DNA from: Candidatus Spongiisociaceae bacterium
GTDB taxonomy: Bacteria > Actinomycetota > Acidimicrobiia > Spongiisociales > Spongiisociaceae
DNA: 64,000 bases
Direction of reading: 5' to 3'
Assembly: GCA_965219685.1 (NCBI GenBank)
Contig: CBDCOH010000002.1
Coordinates: 1,728,001 to 1,792,000, forward strand
A program made the translations under genes and the position numbers. The notes below the pieces were generated by a model. It saw only the letters and a list, made by a program, of their open reading frames with translations. It was not told the origin of the DNA and searched no databases. Below are positions 48,323-57,589 of the stretch, piece after piece. Position 1 is the first letter of the stretch, and each line of letters starts with the position of its first letter.

Positions 48323-48695
48323 CACGCGCCGGTCCGCCAAGCCAAGGACGGCACCGAACTGGCCGCAACGAGCGTGGAGGCCGGCGACAAGATCGTGGTG
48401 CTCCTCGGTCGCCAACCGTGATGGAGCCCGCTGGGAGGATCCCGGAGAGTTCCGGCTGCACCGTTTCGCGGACAGCGCCTTCCGGCAGTTCACGCCCCGC
48501 TCCGACATCCTCCCATTCGGTGCCGGCAAGCACCACTGCACCGGATCGCTGCTGGCGCTGATGGAGATGGAAGTGGTGATCTACCGCTTCATGGATCGCG
48601 TACGGTGGGCGGAATGGGTGAACGGGCCTCCGCCCATGGTCGGCTCTTCGCTCCGCTCCCCCACCGAACTGAAAGTCAGACTCATCCCCGCCTGA
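48323..48695 (+). pseudogene. Cytochrome P450 C-terminal fragment with frameshift
   Basis: RQAKDGTELAATSVEAGDKIVVLLG, frameshift near 48408, then ANRD..RWEDP..F and heme motif FGAGKHHCTG; the N-terminal part is missing. Confidence 0.85.
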
Positions 48696-48842
48696 TCGGT
48701 TGCCGCTGGCCCGGGGAGCCCGGGCCGGTAACGCGGGGAGGTAACCTCCGGCAATGGTCGAAGTCTCGCCGCCGGTTGTCCACCGGGGCCATCCATCTCC
48801 AACCTCTACGGATCCAAGGCCCGCATCAGGATCGTTCGACCG

Positions 48843-49868
48843 TTGAAACCGAACACCAAGGGGACACTTTGGGCTGCTGCCTCGGTGGCGACCGGCTCTT
48901 GGCTGCCCGTGTTCTACTTCTTCACCCATGTCAGCGACGACCCCTTCGTGTGGCGCTCCTGGCTGCTCACCTTCCAGATCGTGGCTCTGCTGCCTGCCTT
49001 CGGCCTGGTTCCGAGCGACAGGAGGGACTGGAGGCGGAACACCCGCCGGCTGCTGTCCTACTGGGGAGACCACGGGGAACCCGTCCGCGTCAAGAGCCTT
49101 CGCGAATTGGTAAGGGCTCCCGCGTTCTGGATGGCGATCTCATTCACGTTCGACCTGGCCTTCTGGGTCTGGGCGGCAACCCTGATCGACCCGCTGGTGG
49201 TGACGATCATCTACCAACTGATGCTGATCGGGCTGGTGTGGATGGCGGCCAGGCTGGGTCGCAAGATCTCCACCGGGCACCGCGCCGCCCCGCACATCAT
49301 CAGCGGCAGGCATTGGGTGCTGATGATCCTCTCGTTCGTCGGGGCCGCCCTCGTCATCTGGTCGGAGACCGGCGCGGTCATGACCCTCAACTGGATGGGT
49401 ATAGCCATCGCGCTCGTCGGCACCGCCACCGCTACCGGAAGCCTGTGGGGAACGGTCTCCACCGGGCGCCTTCTGGGGTGGCCCGGCGGCAACCCGCACG
49501 AACTGGTGTGGAACGCCACCTTCGCAGCGGTGGCAGGACGCCTCGGCGCCCTTCCCCTGACACTGTTGGGAAGCGTGCTGTTCTTCCCACCCACCGAGAA
49601 CACCTTCGACCTCACCTGGACCATCATCGGACTCCTGACCTTGACCGGGGTGTTCAACGCGGTCGGGGCCCTCAGCCACCGGTATTCCCTGTACGTGACC
49701 TCCAGCCTGAGCGTGCAGCGGATCATGTTCTTCTCCCCGGCCCTCCAGATGCTGTGGCTGTGGATCTTCGCCGATGTCTCCATCGCCAACCCCCAAGCGC
49801 TGCTGGTCGGGGCCGGAATCGTGCTCGTCTCCAACGTCGGATGGCAGAGCAACGTGAGCAGCCGGTAG
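48843..49868 (+). CDS. DMT/EamA-like multi-pass membrane protein
   Basis: About 10 hydrophobic segments in two halves; TTG start. Confidence 0.65.
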   Translation: MKPNTKGTLWAAASVATGSWLPVFYFFTHVSDDPFVWRSWLLTFQIVALLPAFGLVPSDRRDWRRNTRRLLSYWGDHGEPVRVKSLRELVRAPAFWMAISFTFDLAFWVWAATLIDPLVVTIIYQLMLIGLVWMAARLGRKISTGHRAAPHIISGRHWVLMILSFVGAALVIWSETGAVMTLNWMGIAIALVGTATATGSLWGTVSTGRLLGWPGGNPHELVWNATFAAVAGRLGALPLTLLGSVLFFPPTENTFDLTWTIIGLLTLTGVFNAVGALSHRYSLYVTSSLSVQRIMFFSPALQMLWLWIFADVSIANPQALLVGAGIVLVSNVGWQSNVSSR

Positions 49869-49977
49869 ACCGACCCGCCGTCCGTAACCCGCGCCAGACG
49901 GATCGCGGTCAACTCAGACCGGCAGCCGAAACCCGAGTCGCCGATCCAACAATGCGCGTCGTAGTGTTCGGGACGCG

Positions 49978-51486
49978 ATGTCTGCTCTGATCACCGACCT
50001 CCTGGATCGATCGGCCCGCCTGTATCCGGATCGTTGCGCGGTCCGGATCGTGGGCGGCCCTTCTCTCTCCTATAGCGAACTGTCGTATCGCGTGGAGAAG
50101 GTGGCCGGGCTTCTGGCCCGGTTGGGCGTCGGGCGGGGTGACCGGGTGGCGGTGATGGCCCCGGCCGGGCTGGCCTTCTTCGACGCCTATCTGGGCGCCG
50201 CCCGGTTGGGCGCCGCCGCGGTTCCCTTCTCGACGCGGTTGGCCCCGGCCGAAGTCGCCAGGCAACTCGCCGACGCCGAGCCTCGGGCCGCGATCGTCGG
50301 AGCGGAGTACGGCGACCGCGTGTCGCAAGCCTCCCCCGGAGGGTTAAGACTCATCGAACATGAGAGTCCCGAGTACCGCCGCCTACTGTCCTCGTCCGTT
50401 CCTGCCCCTTCGACGGCCCGGCCGGAGGACACCGCGCTGATCATCTACACGAGCGGTACCACCGGCGACCCCAAAGGGGTGTGCCTCTCGCACGCGGCCC
50501 TCACCTTCAACGCGTTCGTGAATGCGGTCTCTCAGGAACTCCGGCACCCCGACGTCTACCTCTCCGCTACTCCCCTCTACCACGCATCAGCCGGGCTGCG
50601 AGTGTTCACGATGCTGGTGGACGGCCAGACCCATGTGGTACTCCCTTCGTTCGACCCCGAGAGCGCCATCTCGACCGTATCCGGGGAGGGCGTGACCACG
50701 ACCATTATGGTGTCGACCCAACTCCAGAGGATTCTCGACTCGCCCGGCTTCGACCCCGACCTATTCCGTTCCATGCGGCTCCTGCTGTACGGGACCGCCC
50801 CGACGCGGTCCAACCTGGTGCAGAGAATGATGGCCTCGCTCCCCTGCGGGCTGTATCACGGATACGGACTCACCGAGGCAAGCGCGGTGTGCGCAGCCCT
50901 CGGACCGGAGGAGCACCGCCGGATGGCCGGTGAGGTTGCGCCAACACTGTCATGCGGCAGTCCCATCGTGGGAGTGGACGTAACGATCCGGAGCCCGGAC
51001 GGCGGCGAAGCGGAGCCCGGCGACGTGGGTGAACTCCTGGTTCGCACACCCAAGCTGATGTCCGGCTACTGGAGGCAACCCGAGGCCACCGCCCAGGCGA
51101 TCCGGAACGGCTGGCTCCACACCGGCGATCTCGGCCATCGAGACCGGGAAGGATACATCTACCTGTCGGGACGGATCAAGGAACTGATCATCAGCGGGGG
51201 GGTGAATATCTACCCACCCCAGATTGAGGACACCCTCTCAAGCCACCCCCGAGTGGCGGAGGTGGCGGTGATCGGCCTTCCGGACGATGAGTGGGGAGAA
51301 GCTGTCACGGCGGTGGTGGTGCCTCGACCGGGCGCCCTGCCGACGCTTGCGGACCTCGCCGACTGGGTGGCCTCCCGGCTGGCCTCCAACATGAAACCCA
51401 AGCGGCTGATTCTGGCCGACCGGCTACCTAGAGGTCCCACCGGCAAGGTCCAGAAACACCTGCTCCTGGAGATGCACGGCAACTGA
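49978..51486 (+). CDS. Acyl-CoA synthetase (AMP-forming)
   Basis: YTSGTTGDPKG, GYGLTE, WLHTGD, GRIKELIISGG, GKVQK. Confidence 0.95.
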   Translation: MSALITDLLDRSARLYPDRCAVRIVGGPSLSYSELSYRVEKVAGLLARLGVGRGDRVAVMAPAGLAFFDAYLGAARLGAAAVPFSTRLAPAEVARQLADAEPRAAIVGAEYGDRVSQASPGGLRLIEHESPEYRRLLSSSVPAPSTARPEDTALIIYTSGTTGDPKGVCLSHAALTFNAFVNAVSQELRHPDVYLSATPLYHASAGLRVFTMLVDGQTHVVLPSFDPESAISTVSGEGVTTTIMVSTQLQRILDSPGFDPDLFRSMRLLLYGTAPTRSNLVQRMMASLPCGLYHGYGLTEASAVCAALGPEEHRRMAGEVAPTLSCGSPIVGVDVTIRSPDGGEAEPGDVGELLVRTPKLMSGYWRQPEATAQAIRNGWLHTGDLGHRDREGYIYLSGRIKELIISGGVNIYPPQIEDTLSSHPRVAEVAVIGLPDDEWGEAVTAVVVPRPGALPTLADLADWVASRLASNMKPKRLILADRLPRGPTGKVQKHLLLEMHGN

Positions 51487-51792
51487 TCGGCCCGGTCGCT
51501 CGCCACCGCCTGGAGTCTTACCCGTTGAGTAGTCCTCACGTCCCGATTACCTGATTCGTCGCATACCGGGACCTTGTCACCGAAGAATGACAAGGCTGAA
51601 AGGCGCACCGTCTTCCCTTCCTCACTCGGGTAATCGTGTACCAGCCAGTCTCCAAGTACGTTGGTCTTGATGCTAGACCATGTTGCAGAATAGTATATAT
51701 TGGCATACACTAGGGTCTATGAAGGTTTCCGCCGAAACGAACCGTCAGCCTGCCAGGGGGTTTGCTGGTTTCCGAATGTATGGAGCACGCGG

Positions 51793-52305
51793 ATGCGGTT
51801 CCATAAGCCGGGTACGGAAGGCGGACCGTTGACAGCCGCTGATCACACCCGAGCCGAAGAGGCGGTCGCGCAGCCTGCCCGCACCGACGATCCTCCAGCC
51901 CCGCCACAGGCGGCGGGCAGGGCCAGTAGACCCGGCTTGCTGAGCCAGATGACCGAGAACCCGCTGTTGAGCCTCTTCGGCGCCGTCATCGCCGTACTGC
52001 TCGGCTTCGTCCTCACCACCTCGAACCTCCGTATCAGCGAGACCAATGACCGCATCAACAGCCTCGAGAGCAGGATCGACAAGCGGATCGACCGCCTCGA
52101 GGACCGGATCGACCGCCTCGAGGACCGGATCGACCGCATTGAGGGCCGGATCAGGTCAGTGGAGGGAAGCTTGTCCAGCATCGACCGCAAGTTGACCGCG
52201 CTGATCGCCGCTCTGGGAAAGACCGAAGAAGTCGAAGGCGCCATGTCAGGTGACGTCAGCGGTATCCGGACACCAGAGCCGCTCGATGAAGCCGCTGAGC
52301 CCTGA
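51793..52305 (+). CDS. Membrane-anchored coiled-coil protein with RIDRLED heptad repeats
   Basis: One transmembrane helix, then a 21-bp unit x3 (52084-52146) encoding RIDRLED; start uncertain. Confidence 0.7.
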   Translation: MRFHKPGTEGGPLTAADHTRAEEAVAQPARTDDPPAPPQAAGRASRPGLLSQMTENPLLSLFGAVIAVLLGFVLTTSNLRISETNDRINSLESRIDKRIDRLEDRIDRLEDRIDRIEGRIRSVEGSLSSIDRKLTALIAALGKTEEVEGAMSGDVSGIRTPEPLDEAAEP

Positions 52306-52317
52306 TGGCCTGACGAT

Positions 52318-52352
52318 TAGTTCCTAGTTGTTAGTTGGTAGTTGGTAGTTGA
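52318..52352. repeat. 7-bp tandem array (TAGTTNN)x5
   Basis: TAGTTCC TAGTTGT TAGTTGG TAGTTGG TAGTTGA. Confidence 0.8.
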
Positions 52353-52379
52353 TAAGCGGTGGTTAACGTTAATTCGGGC

Positions 52380-52514
52380 CCCTTCGCGAAAGTGGCTGTG
52401 AGGGATCCGAGTGCAGGAACAGGTGCGTACAAGTTACAGAAATGTTGCACAGCGTTGTGTAGTGCATCGTAGAGTACGGTCGCTTCCGGTCAGACTTCTT
52501 CGAGCTACTCGCCT
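52380..52514. promoter_or_regulatory. Copy C of the dispersed non-coding element
   Basis: Strong match to 20270-20404; lies between convergent genes. Confidence 0.7.
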
Positions 52515-52575
52515 GGAGTCTGATCAGTTGTATCCCAGGCCGGGCGTCACGCAACAATGGCTCCGCACACCCTGG

Positions 52576-52858
52576 TCATGATTCGATCGGATACACCACG
52601 GAGATATCCGAGAACTGCACCCCCTCGGAGTCCAGCCGGGAGCGAACCATCCCGGTGAACATGTCCTTCGGGATTAGACACTCCTCGCAGGCATTGGGTC
52701 CGGGCAGTATCGCCACCCTCAGTCCCCCGGATCCGGAGCGAGTCACGTCCAGCGAGTAGCCATCGGCTGCCAGCCCGGCGGAGAAAAGGTCTCAGCGCGG
52801 CGCACGCCGGCTCGAGGTCGGACCCGCGCCCGCCGCTCGCGTCCCTCGCAGCGGCCAT
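52576..52858 (-). pseudogene. Small CxxC protein (NifU-C-like), +1 frameshift
   Basis: MAAARD...AALRP then FSAGLAADGYSLDV...NACEECLIPKDMF...VVYPIES*; 283 bp; extra base in the A4 run at 52784-52787. Confidence 0.65.
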
Positions 52859-52884
52859 CAGGTGCCCCCTTCCATCCCGAACCT

Positions 52885-53649
52885 CTACCGCACGTAGCTG
52901 GCGCCGTTGATGTCGATGGTGGCACCGGAGAGATGGCGGCAGTCCCCGCGGGAGAGGAAGACCACCAGCCTGGCTATCTCCACGGGAGGTATCCACTCGC
53001 CCATCGTCAGCATCTTGGCGGTGGCTTCCTCTCCTCCCATTTCCTTGGCGGCGTCGATCGACATCTGGGTGCGCACCATTCCGGGCGCGATGTTGAAGGC
53101 GAGAACGCCCTGGCGTGCATAATCGCTCGCCACGGCCTTGGTGAGGGCCGTGACCGCCCCCTTGGAGGCGGTGTAGGCCGCCCTCTGGGATCCTCCCCCC
53201 CGGTGGGCGAGCCAACTCGACATGGTTATCAGGGTGCCCCCGCCATTGGCGACGAAGTGGCGCACTGCTTCCCGAGCAAGCCTTGCCGGCTCGTGGACGT
53301 TCACCTGCATCGTCATGCGCCATGTCCGGTCCCATTCATCGTCCGGGCCGTCCCAGTCGAGCGAGGTGAGTATGGCGGCGTTGTTGACCAGCACGTCGAT
53401 CCGTCCGAACCGGTCGACCGCCTGGTTCCAGACCACCGCTCCGGCTCCGCGATTGCAGTAGTCCGCCTGCACCAGGAGCTTGCGGTCGGGCGGCAGTTCG
53501 TGGGTGGCCGCCTGCGCTCCCGACAGGGTGCGGGAGTAGTGGGCAATGACCGTCGCTCCGGCCCGGCCCACCTCGCGGGCGATCTCGAATCCGATGCCCC
53601 GGGAGGCGCCAGTGACCAGAATGACCTTGCCTTCGAGGGTTCCAGCCAT
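52885..53649 (-). CDS. Short-chain dehydrogenase/reductase
   Basis: TGASRGIG, VNNAA, YTASK, IAPG. Confidence 0.94.
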   Translation of the reverse strand: MAGTLEGKVILVTGASRGIGFEIAREVGRAGATVIAHYSRTLSGAQAATHELPPDRKLLVQADYCNRGAGAVVWNQAVDRFGRIDVLVNNAAILTSLDWDGPDDEWDRTWRMTMQVNVHEPARLAREAVRHFVANGGGTLITMSSWLAHRGGGSQRAAYTASKGAVTALTKAVASDYARQGVLAFNIAPGMVRTQMSIDAAKEMGGEEATAKMLTMGEWIPPVEIARLVVFLSRGDCRHLSGATIDINGASYVR

Positions 53650-53830
53650 CGCTCCTCCCCTGGAGTACTCGCCTCTGCTTCGCACGAATCCGGCCGGCTA
53701 CGACAGGCCGACCGGGACAGCCGACGATACACTCAGTGCCCAGTGCAAGGCATATCGGCGGGCAGAACCCCGCCTATGGTCTATCCGTGAAGCGCAAGTC
53801 GTCTCTGGAGACAGACCGCAAGGAGGGCGT

Positions 53831-54553
53831 ATGAGAATCCGTTTCATCGAACCGATAGGAATTGACATCCACGTCCCCCGCGCCGTGAGGGTGCTCGAGA
53901 AGCACGCGTCGAGCGGGGTTTTCGTCGAGGTGGTCCACCTCGACCTTCCACCGGAACTGACCGGGCCGATGCTGTCCCCGGTGCCGCTCTACATGAACGA
54001 GTTGATAGCCACGGTTCTTCAAGCGGAGAAGGACGGCGCCGATGCCGCCATCATCGGCTGCTGCTCGGACCCTGCCCTGATGGAGGCGCAGCGCTCGGTG
54101 AAGATCCCCGTACTCGGACCTCTGCAGGCGTCCGCGGCGCTGGCAGCCGGGAGAGGGCTCAACCTGGGGATCCTCTTCCCCGACGAGCACGACTGGCAGG
54201 TCACCGCCAACTGGGTGACCCGCAACCTCCGGGCCTACGGACTGTCGGACGTGGTGAGCGACATTGCCTTCGTACCGATGCACGTCGAGGGTGAGGACAG
54301 CCTGATCGGCAACATGGATGTGACCGCCGAGATCGTCCAGGACCGGTTCCGGCGCCAGCTCCACGAACACGCCGTACCGGCCGCCAGGGCCATGCTCAAG
54401 CGGGGACCCGTGGACGCCATCCTCTTCGGCTGCACCATATGGGGTGGCATGATCCGGGAGGTGGACCACTTGATCGACGCGGTATGCATCGACCCGATGG
54501 TCGCGTCACTGCACCTCGCCGAAGCTCAAGTACGGATGACGAAGCTGGCCTAA
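53831..54553 (+). CDS. Asp/Glu/hydantoin (allantoin) racemase-family protein
   Basis: Two-Cys motifs IIGCCSDP and LFGCT, IDP; AGGAGG RBS. Confidence 0.88.
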   Translation: MRIRFIEPIGIDIHVPRAVRVLEKHASSGVFVEVVHLDLPPELTGPMLSPVPLYMNELIATVLQAEKDGADAAIIGCCSDPALMEAQRSVKIPVLGPLQASAALAAGRGLNLGILFPDEHDWQVTANWVTRNLRAYGLSDVVSDIAFVPMHVEGEDSLIGNMDVTAEIVQDRFRRQLHEHAVPAARAMLKRGPVDAILFGCTIWGGMIREVDHLIDAVCIDPMVASLHLAEAQVRMTKLA

Positions 54554-54753
54554 CAGCGTGCCCAGGAGGTCAAGCACCGGAGCGAACCGGACCGCCGATC
54601 ATCGGCGACGTCACGGCGGCCATTTGTCGCTGGAGGTGACCATCGGCCATTGAACGGGTCGCCAATAACCGATGTTTAGGGCTTTGCCTGATCCTCCGGA
54701 GAGAGTGGACCGCAGGAGACTCCAACGACCTTAGGCGAGCGGGGGAACTGGTT

Positions 54754-56517
54754 TCATTTTCTTTGGCGACCTCTACTTCCGCCCGAGGCATGGTCGTCAA
54801 TGTTCAGTTGTGCGGGGTCCACCCTGACGTGCACCACCGTCGGTCTGTTGATATTGAGGGCTTCGTCGAGAACGCCACGAACGTCGCTATCCTCTGAAAC
54901 GGTGAAGCCCTCCGCTCCGAGTGATCTGCCATAGGCTGCAAAATCGACGGGTCCCAGCAGCGATCCGGGAGCATGACCAATCCGACGTCGCTCCTGATGG
55001 ATGCGGATCGTCCCGTACTCGCCATTGTCAACGACTACGACTACTACCGGTATTCGTTCCCTCACCGCAGTCTCGATCTCGGCTCCGGTCATCATGAACC
55101 CCCCGTCACCGACGATCGCTATCACCGGAACCGTAGACGTCGCGAGCTTCGCCGCCAACGCTGCCGGGATGGCGTATCCCATCGCACCCGACGTAGGAGC
55201 CAGGTAGGTTCTCGGGCGGTCGCGTGGGAGGTAACGACTGATCCACGCGGCGAAGCTGCCCGCATCATTCGTAACGACCGCATCTGCAGGGACAGTCGCC
55301 TGGAGATGATACGCCAGAACCTCTTGGTCGACATGACCGGGGCGTGAGCCCAACAGTGTCGGCGTGGATTCCGCTAGCCAGCGCTTCCGGGCTGTGTTGT
55401 TCTGCTGAACCCTTGCCTGCAGCGCATCCGGGTCGGGGTCTTCGCGCTCAGCGGCGTAGAGCAGTTGCGTCAGGAAGTGATGGGGATCCGACAGAATAGG
55501 TTCGACACCGGGGAAGGGCCCACCGAGTCCCTCCGCATAGCCCAGCACATGGACGATCGCTTTGCCCTGCTGGAGGGTCTGGTAGCTGAACGTCGATAGC
55601 TGCCCCAACTGTGTACCGATTGCCAGGATGAAGTCGGCCTGCTTCAGCCGATCCGTCACCGAAGGGCCCGCTGCGAGCCCACTCTGACCGAGGTACAGCC
55701 GGTGGCGGTTGGGAAACGCGTCCGGACGTCGCCACGCGGTAATAACAGGTGTCTCCTCATGTTCCGCCAGTGACTGAACCAGGTGGCCGGCGTCTGCGTC
55801 GATCACTCCTCCACCCACCCATATGATCGGGGTGTCGGCGCGACGGAGCTTCTTCAGCACCGCCTCCACTTCTTCGGAACTCGCCGAAGGCCTTGGCCTG
55901 TCTATCCACGAGTGTTCGCTCGCCGGTACGAGTTCCTCCAGGATGTCCTCTTGGAGGATCAAAGCAGTCGGCCCGGGGCGACCCTCCAGCGCGTGGCGAG
56001 CAGCGGCGTACGTGAGTTCCGCGAGCCGTGATCCACGGGGAGGTTCTGACACCCATTTCGTGACCGGCGCAAGAAACTGGGCCAGATCGACCTCCTGAAA
56101 GGCCCGACGGTAACGGTTGCATGTACCCACCTGGCCGAGCAGGGCGACCACTGGGCAACTGTCCACCAACGCGGTGTGCAGACCGATCGACAAGTTGGAA
56201 GCGCCCGGTATGCGCGAAGCCAGGCATGCGGTCAGACGTCCGGTGAGCCTCGCGAAGGCCGAAGCCATGAAGCTCGCCCCTCCCTCGTGCCGGGTTGTGA
56301 CCAGCCTCACCCTGGGATGCGCATCGAAGGCATCGATAAGCGGAAGGAAACTCTCTCCCGGCACCATGAACGCATGAGTGAGACCGGCGGCGACCACAAC
56401 GGAGACGGCCTGCTCGGCGGAGGTCGAGACCTGTGCCCCTCTCGGAGATGCCGCGGATGGCTCTCCTCCAGCGCGGACCGGTGTGTCGCCCACACCGGGG
56501 CCTGCCTCTCTTGTCAA
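54754..56517 (-). CDS. ThDP-dependent enzyme (acetolactate synthase-like)
   Basis: VPGES, TRHEGGA, AFQE, GAMGY, GDGG...VDN. Confidence 0.92.
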   Translation of the reverse strand: MTREAGPGVGDTPVRAGGEPSAASPRGAQVSTSAEQAVSVVVAAGLTHAFMVPGESFLPLIDAFDAHPRVRLVTTRHEGGASFMASAFARLTGRLTACLASRIPGASNLSIGLHTALVDSCPVVALLGQVGTCNRYRRAFQEVDLAQFLAPVTKWVSEPPRGSRLAELTYAAARHALEGRPGPTALILQEDILEELVPASEHSWIDRPRPSASSEEVEAVLKKLRRADTPIIWVGGGVIDADAGHLVQSLAEHEETPVITAWRRPDAFPNRHRLYLGQSGLAAGPSVTDRLKQADFILAIGTQLGQLSTFSYQTLQQGKAIVHVLGYAEGLGGPFPGVEPILSDPHHFLTQLLYAAEREDPDPDALQARVQQNNTARKRWLAESTPTLLGSRPGHVDQEVLAYHLQATVPADAVVTNDAGSFAAWISRYLPRDRPRTYLAPTSGAMGYAIPAALAAKLATSTVPVIAIVGDGGFMMTGAEIETAVRERIPVVVVVVDNGEYGTIRIHQERRRIGHAPGSLLGPVDFAAYGRSLGAEGFTVSEDSDVRGVLDEALNINRPTVVHVRVDPAQLNIDDHASGGSRGRQRK

Positions 56518-56608
56518 TGGTCTGTTAACCAGGGCATCGCGAGTCTCGGCTGACTTCGGATGACACCGACATCGGCCCCGTGCGACACGATCAAAGGCGA
56601 CGAGGGGG

Positions 56609-57589
56609 TCAGGGGGCTACAACCCGCGATGTGTCCACCCTGGATGCCCCAAGCGGAACGAACTTCTGCAGAGATCGGATGACGCGCGGCGGGTCCTCGT
56701 GGCGACCCCGCGCCTGGAACGCGACCTCGGCGACGTAGATCGCCCCTGTGGAGTCGACTGCAAGGCCGTGCGGCGCCACGAACTCGCCCGGATCCTCGCC
56801 GGCAAACCGGCCTCCGATACGCGCCACCGAGTCGCCATCCAACGTAATGATGCTCACACAGGCACCGATGTTCGGCACATCCTGATTGATCCGGATACGT
56901 GAAGGGAGTTCTCCTACGAACAGAAGTGCCTCCTTCGGATGAGCGTACAGTGCACACGGGCGGTGGAGGTTGTTGATCTGGTCCAAGTAGGCGCCGTCCT
57001 CATCGAAAACCTGGATTCGGTGGTTCTCCCGATCGGCGACGTAGACCCGCCCGTCGGATCCGACGGCGATGTTGTGCGGGATATTGAACTGGCCGGGTCG
57101 GGTTCCCGGCCGACCCCAACTGAGAATGTGGCGGCCGTCGGCGGAGAAGCGGTGAACCGCCGAATTGCGATATCCGTCCGAGATGAAGAGGTCACCCGAA
57201 GCCGGAGACTCGGCGATGTCGGTCGGCATATTGAATGGGCGGCCACTGTGGGCGGGTGAGGAGACACCTGGCTGACCGATGGTCCGCACCAACGCTCCGT
57301 CGCGCATGAAGCATCGAACTGTCTGATCCGCGTAGTCCGTCAGCCAAAGCTTTTCTCCGCCCGCCATAGTGATCGCGTGGGGAGTCGCGAAGAGCCCTTC
57401 GCCCCACGAAGCCACGAATTCTCCGGTGTGGTCAAACACGATCACCGGGTGGTCACCACGGTTGAACACGTAGACCCGGTCCTTGTTGTCAACAGCCACC
57501 GAGGTCGCATCTTTGAAGCTCCAGCCATCCGGAAGCCGACCCCACCCCTCAACCGGGCGGTAGTTTCGTGGCCAGGAGGATCGGCTCAT
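56609..57589 (-). CDS. NHL-repeat peptidyl-alpha-hydroxyglycine alpha-amidating lyase (PAL)-family protein
   Basis: TPHAI, SDGYRNS, IPHNI, ADRENHRIQ, APHGL. Confidence 0.88.
   Translation of the reverse strand: MSRSSWPRNYRPVEGWGRLPDGWSFKDATSVAVDNKDRVYVFNRGDHPVIVFDHTGEFVASWGEGLFATPHAITMAGGEKLWLTDYADQTVRCFMRDGALVRTIGQPGVSSPAHSGRPFNMPTDIAESPASGDLFISDGYRNSAVHRFSADGRHILSWGRPGTRPGQFNIPHNIAVGSDGRVYVADRENHRIQVFDEDGAYLDQINNLHRPCALYAHPKEALLFVGELPSRIRINQDVPNIGACVSIITLDGDSVARIGGRFAGEDPGEFVAPHGLAVDSTGAIYVAEVAFQARGRHEDPPRVIRSLQKFVPLGASRVDTSRVVAP

Noticed and set aside
54560-54753. TAGGGCTTTGCCTGATC as a possible IS end
   Set aside because: No partner inverted repeat or transposase found
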